A stretch of 63,761 bases of DNA, counting the filler, from Lenisia limosa (taxonomy: Eukaryota > Protista > Breviatea): NCBI GenBank assembly GCA_001655205.1. It is 6 parts of 6 records of this genome, joined end to end, with 100 filler letters (N's around TTAATTAATTAA, not from the genome) between each part and the next. Parts side by side here need not be neighbours in the genome. Positions count along the whole stretch, not along the records: positions 12,643 to 28,259 come from LPNZ01007366.1; 5 more parts are not named here. One strand, 5' to 3'. Under the pieces are notes generated by a model, which saw only the letters and a program-made list of their open reading frames with translations, was not told the DNA's origin and did not search any database. The first letter of the stretch is position 1, and every line of letters begins with the position of its first letter. Positions 12,599 to 25,857 of the stretch are shown piece after piece. The position numbers and the translations under genes were made by a program.

Positions 12599-13049
12599 NN
12601 NNNNNNNNNNNNNNNNNNNNNNNNNNNNNNNNNNNNNNNNNNAAAAAAAAAAAAAAAAAAAAAAAGTTGTTGTGAGTGGTTTCCGCACAGATTTATCAGG
12701 AGGTTCATTGATAGGTATCAACTAATATGTCATTAATCACTATTCTTCAATATCCGGCATGTGGTACCTTAATTAAATTAAATAAAGCGACGCATCCCCC
12801 CATGCCGATAAAGCACAAAAGGGACAATTTTCAAAAAAAAAAAAAAAAAANNNNNNNNNNNNNNNNNNNNNNNNNNNNNNNNAGAATACTGAAGATATTA
12901 AAAAACTTTTCAATTAAAAGAAGAATCAACAACAAAAACAAAACGTGGGAAAAGGAGAAAAAAAACGTAGCCAATCAATGTTCCAAACTTGGACAACAAT
13001 TCAAAAAATCTAAACGAAGCATCAAACTCCAAAACTCATTTCCCATATC

Positions 13050-15170
13050 AATCATTTTAGAGCCTCCATAAAAAAAAAAGAAAATAATTGAACATGGATT
13101 TCCAAAAATAGTCATCACCCCCCCCCCCAACTGAGAGGAAGATTGGCGCGGANNNNNNNNNNNNNNNNNNNNNNNNNNNNNNNNNNNNNNNNNNNNNNNN
13201 NNNNNNNNNNNNNNNNNNNNNNNNNNNNNNNNNNNNNNNNNNNNNNNNNNNNNNNNNNNNNNNNCGGACTCGACTCTTCGCTGCCTTGAGGGGCCACAAA
13301 GGGCTGAGGGTCGAACAGCGGCGACTGACTGTCCTAAGAAATGTCAAAAACTCAAAACAGGAATAGACATGAGCAAATAGCGTAAGTGAAACACAGGCTT
13401 ACAGAAAGGGGTGGTGGGCTGCTATTTACTAAAATAACATTAGAAAAGTGGGAATGGTGATCAAAAACACAAACCAAGAGCTTCATGAAGATTACTCAAG
13501 TCAGGGAATCCATCTAGCTGTTTACCATCACTAAAATTATTAATATAAGAAGTACAGAAGATGATATCGTTCTACAACACTCACATTTCTGCTTTAGAAT
13601 GATTTAACGAAACCATTTTTGACAGAGAATCGGAAATACAGTCTCTAGATAATATCCCAGGTCCACTTATGCAATAGAGAGCTGATAGTGCTTCGGTAAG
13701 AGGACTTTTCATTTTGAGGATTCAAAGTTTATAAAGGCCGTGCCGGAATTGTTTCGTTAATCCCCCAGAGGAAGCTCTCTCCAGTACTCTTTAATGGCTT
13801 AAGTTATTACATTTATGAAGTTAAATAAAATATTGGAAAGAAATGGAAGACTCACGGACAACTGTTGACTTCCTCTCACAGAATTTGATGGTAAGGTTTC
13901 AATCCTGGATAATTCCCTCTTTCTAGATCTATCAAATTGTGGAAAATGTTAGAAATTTCAAAGGGAGAAGCAGTTTTCTGAACTTCAGCGAGATCATGAC
14001 GGCATTTTTACGAGGTAACCTGCCACTTGACCAGAGCCTTGCGGCGTGCGCCACGGTCTTCTTCTTTCGGAGCTCGACCACCGTGGGTGGCTAAACTGTT
14101 TCTTGATGTTTGTGATTGTTTTTCATCTTGCAGAGGCTGTCTTTTTGACACAATTGAATTGTTTTTATTTTGTTTGGCCAATTGGTTGTCAAGCGAATGT
14201 CTTCCCCGAATTCAGTTCCTTGCTTCTCATGCTTTCACTGACCGTGTAGATGGAACAAATTTGATTTGGTCAACAAAATATGATTTCTCAGACTCTTGCA
14301 ATCATCACCACCACAGAATGGAACCACGCAAGGAAACCCGTTCATCATCCCGCTTATGTTTGTGACAAGCAACCTTCCCACCCTGTCGCCCCAAGCGGAA
14401 ACTGTTTCACGCTTCCATATTTCATGTGCTACCGCTGGATTGAAGAAGGTATGCGTTTGAGAAACAGAGGCTCCACTCTGGCGGGCATGAACCGTTTTCC
14501 TAGTCATTTTAATCGAGGAGTTATCGAGGGCAGTCATTTCAGTCGAAAACTGAAGTGGAGTCCCATTCAAAAAATCTTAAGATATTTTTTTTCTGAGAGG
14601 ATTGGGTGAATGAATTAAACTCCGTCAATATCCCTGTGGACGACTTTGGCGTGATATTTCCTCTTTTTATAACTCATGTCTTCATAGTAGTGACCATTCT
14701 AAGAAGAATGTGTAATATTACTACTAATAATATATTATTCAGTGGAGGAAGGGGATATATATTATGGGACTTCATTTCGATATGAATTTCTCGTAAAATA
14801 TGTTCCTAAAGTAAAAAAAAAAAGTAAAGAGAAAGAAAAGAACCAACATAAGGAATAGGTCTCCAAAATGAACGCATTGTCTGAGAGGACAATACATATT
14901 GCACCTTCTTTTTGATTACATCCAATTTTGTCTTTGTTGTGTCCTACTCACAAAACACCCACAAACTTAGATTTTCCCCTTCCACTCCCGGCAAAGTGTT
15001 TTTGTTCGACATCTTCTTGGTGAAGTTTTTGCTGATCAGGTAAATGGATTGAAAATATCGAATGAAATAACCCACCATTTGTTGATATGACTTTATTAGA
15101 CTCTTTTTTGTGAAACAGCACGACTATCGCATTTACTATCCACAAATCTTCCGCCACCCCCACAAATCAC
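13050..15170 (-). CDS. Unidentified multi-exon gene (boundaries approximate)
   Basis: GT-AG-bounded minus-strand segments giving open peptides (KNFTKKMSNKNTLPGVEGE; THGGRAPKEEDRGARRKALVKWQ; PLTEALSALYCISGPGILSRDC; DGFPDLSNLHEAL). No family recognised. Confidence 0.3.
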
Positions 15171-15250
15171 CATGGGACTTCTCTTCCCACAAAGGTTGGG
15201 GAAATGATTAATGTTGTTGAATAGAATAGAGTTAGAAATATGTAAGAATA

Positions 15251-17750
15251 ATGGAGTTCACTACTTTTGATAAATTCAACCTTTATTCTCTGAACACATT
15301 TAGTCTGCATCTTCTCCAATTGCCTCCTCCCTCAAGTAGTACAACTGTGGGTGAATGGCTTTCTAAAGCTCCGGTTTATTTATTGGTCGACCAAATGAGA
15401 GTGTTAAACACAGGTTGCACAAGCTGTAAGGAATATATCGATATGTATATACTATATCATATATATAATAGTAACAATATCAATGCTTCACGGTCTTTTC
15501 AAACAGTACAATCATTTTTTATCTTTAGGAACCGATAAAGTCAAATGATCTAGTTGACAATAATATGGCAGCATTTTCTTTGCAAGTAAGTGAGGTAATA
15601 GAACAAGGGCGGAAATTAGGAAATCTCACAAATATGGAAATCGCAATGTAAGTATTATTTGATATACTACATGTACTACTACTCCATGATGTGTTTTATG
15701 AATGTTCCAGGCCTCCAATACCAAGAGCAGCAACCCTCCAAGAGCCCCCTCCCCACTCTCTCTGGAGCCTTCCACTGAGGCTTTGGCAAAAATGCAAAAG
15801 TTAGCCTAGGTTACTGTTTTTGACAATTGCCAAGATATATGTGTAACCCCCTAGGTTATTTATGATTGCGGCAGCAGACCCTTTAAACGCCAAAACAGCC
15901 GCGGTTTGTGGTAAATTTCTGCCTAACTACAAAAATATGGTCTCTCATTATTTTCTTTATTTTTTAATGGCTTTTATTATCTGAAAGGACATTTTCCCCC
16001 TGTAACGAAAAGCACCCCTCCCCCCATCCTCTATTGATAGATATAATTTCTTCTTATTTTGCCTCTAGTGCTCTACTTTTACTCCTCCCAGGTTCTTGAG
16101 AGTTTATTAGATAGCCATCCGCACTTGGTATCACAATCTATTCCTCCCCCTGTGATGTTGTCTCAAGTTGTACGCTGGGCTCCTTGGGCTTATCTAATTT
16201 ATCATTATTTATTAACCTATTTTGTATTGGTGAATCATAGTGTAAACTAAAGTGATTGATATTATATTTTTCTTCAATATCTCTTACTGATGGTGTGAAT
16301 GTTGATATACTCCCTTGTTTTATTTCCCACATCTACATACTATGTATATTTCGCGCAGTACAGGGTTCATGTGTCACGTGTCTAGATCCGAACTAACCCA
16401 GCCATTTTCGCCAAAATGATATTGTCAATGAAATTCAACAATGTCAAGACACAGCACGTGTTTTCTATCCTGCTTGATATGGATGTGGGTTGAGGAGTGT
16501 TTCTGTTATCTGAACTGATAAAGTTATTCTCTGGGCTGTATAGTATGTATTATTTGAAATACCGTCTAACTTTTCAGTTTTCACTCCCCTTCTTCGAAGT
16601 TTGCGCCAAGCTGCGGGACAGCATATTACCAGACTTATGGCAGAGTCAATTAATAATGAAAACGTTGGTATTTTTATGGGTAACCGTTTTTTTTGTGAAA
16701 CTTTGGAACGTTTTCTTTATTAGCATTGATTTGGTTCAATCAATAAACTGTTATTAAGGCTTCACTCCGATCAAAAAAAGGACTAAATTTCTTACCGGTC
16801 TTTTTCTTCTACATTTTACTCATCATCACAGGTTACAAGTACCGCCAAGCTTCCAAAGTGGAACACGAATGGCAATTGTGTATTTGGATGGAATAATGGT
16901 TTGCAACTGTCTCACTCACTGATCATTTGTTTTGTAATATCATATGCATAATAACTAGAAACTCTCAAGGATTCATTTCAGTATCATAAAGACCCAATTT
17001 CTTGAATATTGGCTGCTTTTGGAATGCATGAAGCTGAAGTTGTCTTCACATTGCAGAATACAAGCCCCAACTTTTTTGGCTTGGTGAATGAGGTGTCAAA
17101 CTTTGCTTTACAAGCGTCACAGGTTGGTGAACCCCTCATGAATAATAATAGTATCGTACCATATCAATATGATATGCTATATTTATATTTTTGTGGATAT
17201 GGCTTGACTAAGAATGTTCACTATTCTTGGGTTGCACACTAGTTGGGATTCCCATGTCATTTAATGGAAATCCGAAGATATTTATGGGATTCCCAACTAC
17301 TACATGGAATCCTCACCCTACAGCTTAAAGAAGCCTCACAGCTCTACCAAAGAATACAGGCGTCAAGGTGATCATATTCCTGTCATCCTTCAGCGTGTGT
17401 AGCTTGAAAACAAGTGGGCCTTCGTGTTTATCTTTTCCAAAAAGGATGGATGTACTATTATTACAATATTTTTCATAGCTGTCACACCGAGTGTCAACTG
17501 TGAACTTCAGGTCAGCTTGAAAGGATTTTAGAAATAATGATGATCTGCCCCACAATACTAGACACAGATTGGTGGCTTCCCACAAAACGCAGGCTCCCAA
17601 AAAGGTCACTCTCAGGGGGTCAACTCGCGGAGTTGACTCGCAGTTTTATACCCTTGTTCCTGTGCCCACCAAAAAATACGGATTTTTTTCTTTTTTTTTT
17701 CTTGATTTTTTGCTTGTCTTCAGGTCAAATTGCTAATAAGTGTAAAAATT
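15251..17750 (+). CDS. Unidentified multi-exon gene (boundaries approximate)
   Basis: Series of GT-AG exons (EPIKSNDLVDNNMAAFSLQ; KLFMIAAADPLNAKTAAVC; IRTNPAIFAKMILSMKF; AAFGMHEAEVVFTLQNTSPNFFG). No family recognised. Confidence 0.4.
16755..16806 (+). mobile_element. Degenerate, internally deleted copy of the 99-bp hAT-type MITE
   Basis: TAAGGCTTCACTCCGATCAAAAAAAGGACT...TACCGGTCTTTTTC resembles the left TIR and inner right end of 18453-18551. Confidence 0.45.
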
Positions 17751-18017
17751 GAAATTACCAACCTTGAACCGCAAATCAAACATAAGCCCACTTATATTGA
17801 GCTATTTCTTTCACATCCTTTTCACTCTTTTTATTCCACCAGATCAAGCCGACAAGTTACTATGGTTATTAGGGAAATGTGAGATATACCTTTCTGATTA
17901 GTAACAAGAGTGGTATCCTGGTGAGTTTTAATGCAAACAGATGCATGATATACTACAACATAGTACAAAACACACCAAACTTTAGCACGCACCCTCCCAA
18001 TAATCCGAACAAGAACA

Positions 18018-18670
18018 GCTAAGCCGTTCAACCAAGAAGACATCCGCGGAGCAAGTCCCTTAGCGGCTTTTCTTCTGCGACTGAGAGGATTCGACAATAT
18101 CTCCGATCTGGTTCTGAGGGGGGGGGGGGGGNNNNNNNNNNNNNNNNNNNNNNNNNNNNNNNNNNNNNNNNNNNNNNNNNNNNNNNNNNNNNNNNNNNNN
18201 NNNNNNNNNNNNNNNNNNNNNNNNNNNNNNNNNNNNNNNNNNNNNNNTTTTGTGTTTTGACTCGCCCCCCGCCCCCAGGAAAGATTTTTTTTTCCAATTT
18301 CGAAAGGAATTTCTTTCAAGTACTAAAAACAACTTATCAATGTATCATATATACTATTATATATCACATAATATAGTAGGATTAGGAACCAGAGTGAAAC
18401 CCTAACCACAATGTTAACACCGATTACAAAGTGAGTAATATACAATTACTACTAGGGCTTCACTTCGGTTCGAAAAAAGACTGTATTTCTCGATAAATCC
18501 TCGAAAACTTTCGATGATTTACCGGTTTTTTCGGACCGAAGTGAAGACCTAATTACTACACATCCAGCATACCACAGATTGGAGATATTGTCTCGAATCC
18601 TCTCAGTACACAGAAGAAAAGCCGCTAAAGGACTTGTTCCGCGGATGTCTTGTTGGTGGAACGGCTGAGC
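18018..18670. repeat. Pair of ~95-bp imperfect inverted repeats (18018-18112 and 18575-18670)
   Basis: GCTAAGCCGTTCAACCAAGAAGACATCCGCGGAGCAAGTCCCTTAGCGGCTTTTCTTCTG... aligns with the reverse complement of 18575-18670 with only scattered mismatches and small indels. Confidence 0.9.
18453..18551. mobile_element. 99-bp hAT-type MITE
   Basis: 26-bp TIRs (TAGGGCTTCACTTCGGTTCGAAAAAA vs TAGGTCTTCACTTCGGTCCGAAAAAA, 2 mismatches) and a perfect 8-bp TSD ATTACTAC (18445-18452, 18552-18559). Confidence 0.9.
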
Positions 18671-18679
18671 CGTTTTAGT

Positions 18680-21000
18680 TCAGACTATGAGGAGGGTCGG
18701 GACAACAGGCAGTAATGGCAAGTGATATGCGAGGTGGTGGCGAGTTTGCTGAAGAGGTCAGATGGGAAGGNNNNNNNNNNNNNNNNNNNNNNNNNNNNNN
18801 NNNNNNNNNNNNNNNNNNNNNNNNNNNNNNNNNNNNNNNNNNNNNNNNNNNNNNNNNNNNNNNNNNNNNNNNNNNNNNNNNNNNNNNNNNNNNNNNNNNN
18901 NNNNNNNNNNNNNNNNNNNNNNNNNNNNNNNNNNNNNNNNNNNNAATAAAAAACAAGCAAAAACAAACACGAGCAACCAATGATAAAAAAGGTAGGGGGG
19001 GAGGTAATCGACTAATGTTCAAAATAGACCAACATGGTATGACTGCTTGGACAGATGATGCGAGAATAAATGACGACAGGTTTTCTTCTGAGGAGGTGAT
19101 GCGAACAGAAGCAATTCTCTCATTTCAACTGTCATAATCTGGAACTAACAATCTCGAATACAAACCTTGAATTTGCTCCACTTGAGCAACGGCTGTAACG
19201 TACGTAACTTTGTTTGGTTGTAGTGATGCTACCTTTGTTTGATACTTGTCTTGCATATCTTTCAGACTGAATCTGTAAGAATGTGGAGGTATGAATATGA
19301 AAATAGTTGGGTAAATTAATCCATTTAAATAGAAAGGTGTGGACGGCTTGCTAGATACTGTTTTTCACCTTCCAACAGTACCCCCCCCCCCCCCNNNNNN
19401 NNNNNNNNNNNNNNNNNNNNNNNNNNNNNNNNNNNNNNNNNNNNNNNNNNNNNNNNNNNNNNNNNNNNNNNNNNNNNNNNCACCACTCTTTTTTATAGTC
19501 TTGAGGGTTGGTTGAAAAGACACCACCAACTATTTATAACGAGTTGGCTGAACCTTGAGCTTAGGTGCTAAAAAGAACAGTACATAAGGCTGCTTTGGGG
19601 GTTTTTGCACCTGGACTGACCTTAGTCTGAAATGTTAGTTTTTTGGAAGTGTTTTACAAAATTGTACACACTGACATCAGAGGATGATGTGAATAAAAAT
19701 GAAATGTATCTGGATAATACTACTCACGTTAATTTTTTGGTTTTGTGGCACTTGTGGTAGTAGGCGCTAACTTCTTCAGGTTTTTCGCGTTTTTTCGATG
19801 ATTCCACCGGTTTTTTTGTGTAGTGCTTCAAAATTTGCTCTTCAATTCTTTTGGGTAAAAGAGGATATTCAGTTACAGTACATCACTGTTAGAAATGATT
19901 ATTATGTTATATAGTATATTATAGTATATCATTTAATATTACATAATTCTGCTTATGATATGATATGTAATAGTATATCACAACATCATATGATACACTA
20001 TTCTTAAATATAATATATCATGGAAAGGCACTGCATAGTTGATATCAGACATAACATTTAGTACAACTCAATACATAAGCCCAGAATACTCTCTATGCGT
20101 TCCTTTGAAGAAAAAGGCGGTACCTGAACCATCAGAGGTGTAAATACAATTAGTCATTGGAGGTACACATTTATATTCTCACAAAATAAACATAGTCCAT
20201 ATCATATATCATTATTTTTCCGATATCTGTGATTAACATCTCATATATATGTATAATATTAAAAGTCGGTGCAATTAATGTTTTCTGAAATTAATTCGAA
20301 ATTAATTCGCAATTAATTGTAAAAAAATTAATTTCAATTATTTTTTTTGGACCAATAATTTCTCGAAATTAATTGCGAATAAATTATCAATTAATTATTT
20401 AATTAATTCGCAATGAATTCAAAATTAATTTTGTCAATTAATATTTTCCAAAAAAATATCAGGAACGGAGTTCTTTTGGATTATTTCAGAACAAATATAA
20501 TAAATTTCAGAAGCTTCCAGAACATTGGGGTTACCGACTTGATTGTTTTTCAGACAAAAATAAGATACAAGTTCTGTATTTTTGCTTTTTTTTTTTGACT
20601 AGATTTTTTTATTGCCTGTTCAAAATGAAAGAGGGGACAGAAGATGAAAGTTAACCAGTAAAAACAATATTGTTGAAAATGAATTAATTAATTATGAATT
20701 TCTCCAAAAAATAAATAATTTTAATTTAAAAAATTAATTCAAAATTAATTGCACTGACTTCAATAATAATATGTATTATGTGATTTGTGAGAAACAAGGC
20801 TCATAAGTTGTATTCAGACTATCCAGCAAACAATCATTATCATTAGAAGAGTTTTGGATATGTTCACCCATCTCGGAAACTATGACTTCGTGGATTGGAG
20901 TTTCATGATACCGTTCTTCCAGGAATTGATGACATTTGAAGATCTTCAGGAAAAATTAGTAAACACACAAACGACAAATGGGCATGTATGCGTAGGGGTA
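18680..21000 (-). CDS. Unidentified multi-exon gene (boundaries approximate)
   Basis: Minus-strand exons: IFKCHQFLEERYHETPIHEVIVSEMGEH; PLLPKRIEEQILKHYTKKPVESSKKREKPEEV; LKDMQDKYQTKVASLQPNKVTYV. Interrupted by gaps. Confidence 0.35.
20263..20760. mobile_element. ~500-bp AT-rich MITE-like element rich in AATTAATT
   Basis: TIRs AAGTCGGTGCAATTAAT / ATTAATTGCACTGACTT; many internal AATTAATT(CG) units; no clear TSD. Confidence 0.65.
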
Positions 21001-21441
21001 TTCTTTCAATAGAAAGGGCATGATTGTTGTTTTCCTTTCTCTATATTTTTAATATATGAATATTTTAACTCCAATATTCAATATTTTAAAATAATATTAG
21101 CAAATACATTGAAAACCAGTCCCAAAGCTCCAACACAACATAAGCGTAAATTTGGGGAATTGTGGCTCACCTCCACCCCAACCAACCTCAAGTGTACAAT
21201 CATTCAGGACAATTAGTTTTTGCCTTTTCTTCTTTTTTGGATGAGTATCCTCTTCCATAATGAGCCAGGGCTTGGTTACACCAAAGGGCTACGCTGACAA
21301 AGAAGAAGTATGCAGCTGACTTATTTCCACTCTATTTGAGGAAGTTTCTTTTGCATCTCTTCAAAACTGAATTTAACATTGAAATATTGTTTCTAAATCT
21401 TTATTAACCAAAATATATACCATTCCTTTATATATATCGAC

Positions 21442-24400
21442 ATGGAAGTGGAAGCTATTGAAGATGAAGTTTCTTCCGAATTAGAAGATGCCGGCTTATC
21501 TACTGTATCTACAAATCCTGAAACAGAATTATCAGAAGATAACACTTTCGACGAGAATCCGCCCGTATTCTTCCACCAACCAAAGGCGTCACGATTGTTG
21601 CTATTGAAGAGAAACGGACAGAATTCAGAAAAGGTAAGTGGCAGTTTCCATTCCTGGATTGTCGATTCTGGACCTGTGGTCTGCTAACTCTATAGCCTCT
21701 TCCTGAACCTCTTTCCTCCGAATGGAATCTTCAGATTGCGGGAATGCCTGCCGCGAAGCAGGTTCTCTATGACGCATCCAAACGCGTCGGTTTCTCTCTT
21801 GTTCGTCTGGTTGTTGCTCCGCCCGAGGCCCTAAAAGCTTCTTGGAAGAAAGGACTGAACACCGAAGTCAACCTCAGACTCTATCTTCTTGATTACAACA
21901 TGGAAGTACGAGGGGTTTGTCATAAACAGAAGTCTTTGCAGCGGCCTTCCTTTTTTGAAATTCAATTTCTTCTCGCGCCCTCTGATGCCTTTACTGCGCA
22001 CAGGGGGGAAAACTGTTTTTTTTTATCTTCCCATTTGGAAAGAAAGTTAAAACACTTCGGATAGTCATATTTTCTTCAGAATTTTGGTTGAAATTTTTAT
22101 CACACTTTTGAGGAATTCAGTCTTTTGATTTTTTTTTTTTGATATGGAGGAATTGAATTATTATGTCTCACCATCTAGCCCATCCTTGGAGACCGAAAGG
22201 CTTACCTTGTCCAAATTGAACATGACCCTATCAAAGCCCAGGTATGGATGCATAACATGGTTTGGAATTCAATTACTATCCATTATATAATCGTGATAGT
22301 GTGGAAGGCTTCACCCAGACACTGCGTTTCCTATCTTCCATTCAACATAGTATTTCGATATCCAATATCGTGATACTTCATGGTTGTATTTGTTGATATA
22401 AAATAAGATTAGACATAAAGCAAATAGGGAAGAGTAAAACTTGAACTTGAACTTTCCTAATATGAAGAGAGTACTGACAATTGCTCAGGAGCTGTTGGCA
22501 GCACGTGGACGCGGCCGTAAGCCTACTCATGTNNNNNNNNNNNNNNNNNNNNNNNNNNNNNNNNNNNNNNNNNNNNNNNNNNNNNNNNNNNNNNNNNNNN
22601 NNNNNNNNNNNNNNNNNNNNNNNNNCACGATTTTGTAATCTGATGTTTTGTTTCAACAGTGACTGTTTTTAGCTTTTCAAATCGTTATTTTAACGAAATG
22701 AAACATGATTTCATATGGCATGGTTTTTGCTAATTTGAACTAGTAAACCCAGATATTCTGATTTCCCAAAGGTGTCAATGGCCAAGCCTTACTTCTTTCA
22801 CATTGCCTCGTTCAACCCCCTCGTCCCTTCATGGACTTCGCCACGTTTGCTTGGGTTATAATGTGATATTACTGGGGCTTCCATAAGATCCTACTAAGAC
22901 AAACTGAATTCTTCTAATTGGGGGCTTTCAATGCTTTTTTATCAAAGTAAACCTCGAGGTTACCATATTTTCTTGGATCTATGTGATAGTATGTTATGTT
23001 CTATTTTCGTCTTCCAGCGTTTTAGCTACGGTTCTAAATAAACACAATTCTCTATAAATCCACGATATTTACACCTTATTCTGTTTGGAACTGAAAGTGA
23101 ATTAATAATCGGAAAGTCATATTTCAGATGGAGTGATATACAGCACTTATCGAATCAACCCGCTCTATCGCAAGAACGCTGCTGCTCGAAAGAGAAAAGA
23201 ACAGGTTATCGAAGATATCATTTTAGCAGCCCCAGGTAAGAATTTCAAATTCTTCAATATTCTCGAAAAATCTCAAAATAACAGCAAGCGAAGCTCACAA
23301 TAGCATGTTTTTTTGGATTCAGAGTGCTTTAGCTTGTTGTTGAAAAGTGAAATATATTATAGGATTGCATTCCAGTTCATGATTATGTTTCTTGGGGGTG
23401 CAACTCTCACCCTGTAGACCCACAGTTTTCATTTGATCGCTTGAGCTTGGACTCCAAATTCATACCACTTCTCAGGTATGGATGAGTCGTCTTGAATTTT
23501 ACTTCAACTGCATGAATGGAACTGCACTGCTTTGACAAGATACAAATGGCAATTCCTCTTATGATAACCTGAAAACCAATTTTTTTCTCAATTCTTTAGA
23601 TCTCCAAAATCCATTTCGTCCACTTTCCACGCTTCTCCCCCATTGCCTTCTTCTAAAAAGGGTCGAAAAGGTACGCGTTTGAAATTACATCGAAGTGATT
23701 AATCGGTGATAGATATTCTCTTCTCAAATTGCTTGGTATCTTTATCGTTAATTGTTTTTTGAAATAAATAGATATCAAAATTTGATATGAAATAGTCTTA
23801 AATGGAGTACTTGCTTCAAATTCGCAAAACAAACCCGTGCCTTTCTGATTTACATTTTAGGATCAAGCCAGACAACCAGTCAGAAGAAGCGACGACGAGG
23901 AAGCAGGTAGGTGTCTTTTTGGTCAAGGCGTAAGTACACTATCATATGACCTCACTTTATTGGTTTTCAGCTAATTTTATGATATTTGGTAAGTTACATG
24001 ATGCTATTTTTCTTCATAATTATGTGGTAAGTAACACCCAGTAGATCAAGGATCAGATATTCTTGTGTCTTAAAATTTATTGGATAATAAAACAAAGTGA
24101 CAGTGTTTTGGCGCACAGCCGAGCTGCTTCCACTTCAGTATTATTAACCAGTTGCAGCAGTGCCATGTACGACGAAGAAGACCTTGATCATCTCGATGGA
24201 TCTGAGGGATCTGAAATGGAGGAGTTGCATTTGGAACGAATAGCGCACGTGACCCGTAACTTCACAAGAGCCAAGTGGGCTTGCAATCTCATGGCATCAT
24301 GCTTTTTTCTCACTCATATTTTTGAGTAACTGATTTTGATTTGACCTCAGCAGGGGAGAAAGTGTGATGCAGTTTGAGGAGCTTGGGGGCGATGTGATGC

Positions 24401-25857
24401 ATGTTGAAGAGCATTCGGATGAGGATGGTGTTGGCGCTGACGATGAAGCTGAAATCTCACCTAATAAGCGAAGGTATGTGACAACAGACCCAAAACATCG
24501 GTCTTTTTGTCGATCATCTTTAGTATGAAATTTGAACTGGTGCTGATTAATTAATGTAGAACTGACCCCGCCCGAATTGAGCCAATTCTCAAGGTTGGAT
24601 GGAAAAGTGGCAATGGCACTCGGGTATAGTAGTTCGGTGATATCACATTTTTTTGGTAATTTCCAGGAATTTCCATTATTCTCACGATTATTGACAACAT
24701 GAATAAACATTAGTCTAATCGGTCCAGAAATTTGCGCGTTCGCCAAGCAGGCCAAAAGACGTGGGCGTGGCCTCTCCTTTAGGCTTCGACTCTCCGTCCC
24801 TCCGACTCAGCTTCAGCCAAACTGACCTTTGTATGGGTAACTATCATGGGCAGATGGGAAAATGGATTTAGCTTTTTAAAATTATTCTTTAATATTGCTC
24901 ATAAGCAATCTCCGAAAATCAATAAGTCACCGTTTAGTGGGGAGGACAAACCCACTTTATCCTAACGACCCTCTGAAAGAACCGCCGAAGGAACCCATGA
25001 AGTTTCCTTCCCAATTGCCTGTTCTAAGCCAGGAAGGTTTGATATTGCTTGTTTTGATCCTTGGAAATAGTATAATGAGGACAAACCTACATGTGCATTC
25101 CAAAAAGACTGAATGTCTCGATGCATGGCCTCTTTACTTTTCCTGAATTCTTCGCAGCCTAATTCATAGGACTCTGAGCAATTGATTTATTAATTTTGAA
25201 AGTTGACATGGGTCATATTGCAAACGACTTTTTAATTCATTAATATCTTGAAGGAACAATTGCAATTTCACAAAGTCCTACAAAAATGGTTTTGGAATAG
25301 AGGTTTCCAAATTTATGAAAGCTCACAGTTATGACACCAATTTTCACTGGTATTTATTTACCATTCAGCCAAGCAAATTCACAGTCTTGCTCGATTTGCA
25401 GCTTTGGATGCTGCTGATAAAAAGGACCGACCAGATTCTGTTGTGAGGGGGAGATAAACAGGGTAATCTGGGTATATTTTGAAAACTGATGTGTTCATGG
25501 AAGTACTAATCATGACAGTGTTAATTGTGACTTCTTTTATTACATTCCCCACTTACTGTTACCATTTTGTATCGCTGGAGTGTCTTACTATTCAGATTTC
25601 ACCCCCGTTTATGTCACAACAATGGAGAGTTCTGAGCGTCTCTCCTGTTGGTATGTTGGGATGGTTGTCGTCACATTGGGGGGGGGGAGGTACATAGGAA
25701 ACACAGTGATTTCCTACCTTGGCTTCACTTGATAAAAAAACTGGCTTTGTTGAATCCCAATGCCAGTTACTCGATAACTCCCACCATAGCACACAGCCTG
25801 CTCCACCTTCGCCATCATCACAACGAGCCCTGTGGTGATACTGAGAAGACAGCCTAG
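21442..25857 (+). CDS. Unidentified multi-exon protein with acidic N-terminus, globular middle and low-complexity C-terminal half
   Basis: ATG at 21442 (MEVEAIEDEVSSELED...) followed by clean GT-AG exons (VNLRLYLLDYNMEVRG-PILGDRKAYLVQIEHDPIKAQ; DGVIYSTYRINPLYRKNAAARKRKEQ; acidic exons at 24120-24470). 3' end uncertain. Confidence 0.55.

Noticed and set aside
12543-12642. TTAATTAATTAA repeated five times between N runs as a biological repeat or array
   Set aside because: Fixed ~100-bp N-flanked spacer with stops in all six frames; an assembly/concatenation artefact. Gene order across these points is not reliable.
13960-14450. Plus-strand gene suggested by ORFs 14027/14280 and a few GT-AG microexons
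   Set aside because: Minus-strand exons chain more consistently and fit a head-to-head arrangement with the 15251 gene; not fully excluded.
17330-17400. ATG8-like snippet KEYRRQGDHIPVILQR
   Set aside because: No flanking ATG8 motifs (KKKYLVP, FLY..YS.E..FG) are recoverable by splicing.
22760-24330. SUZ12/VEFS-box similarity in the 21442 gene
   Set aside because: No convincing C2H2 finger or VEFS consensus; only generic acidic composition.
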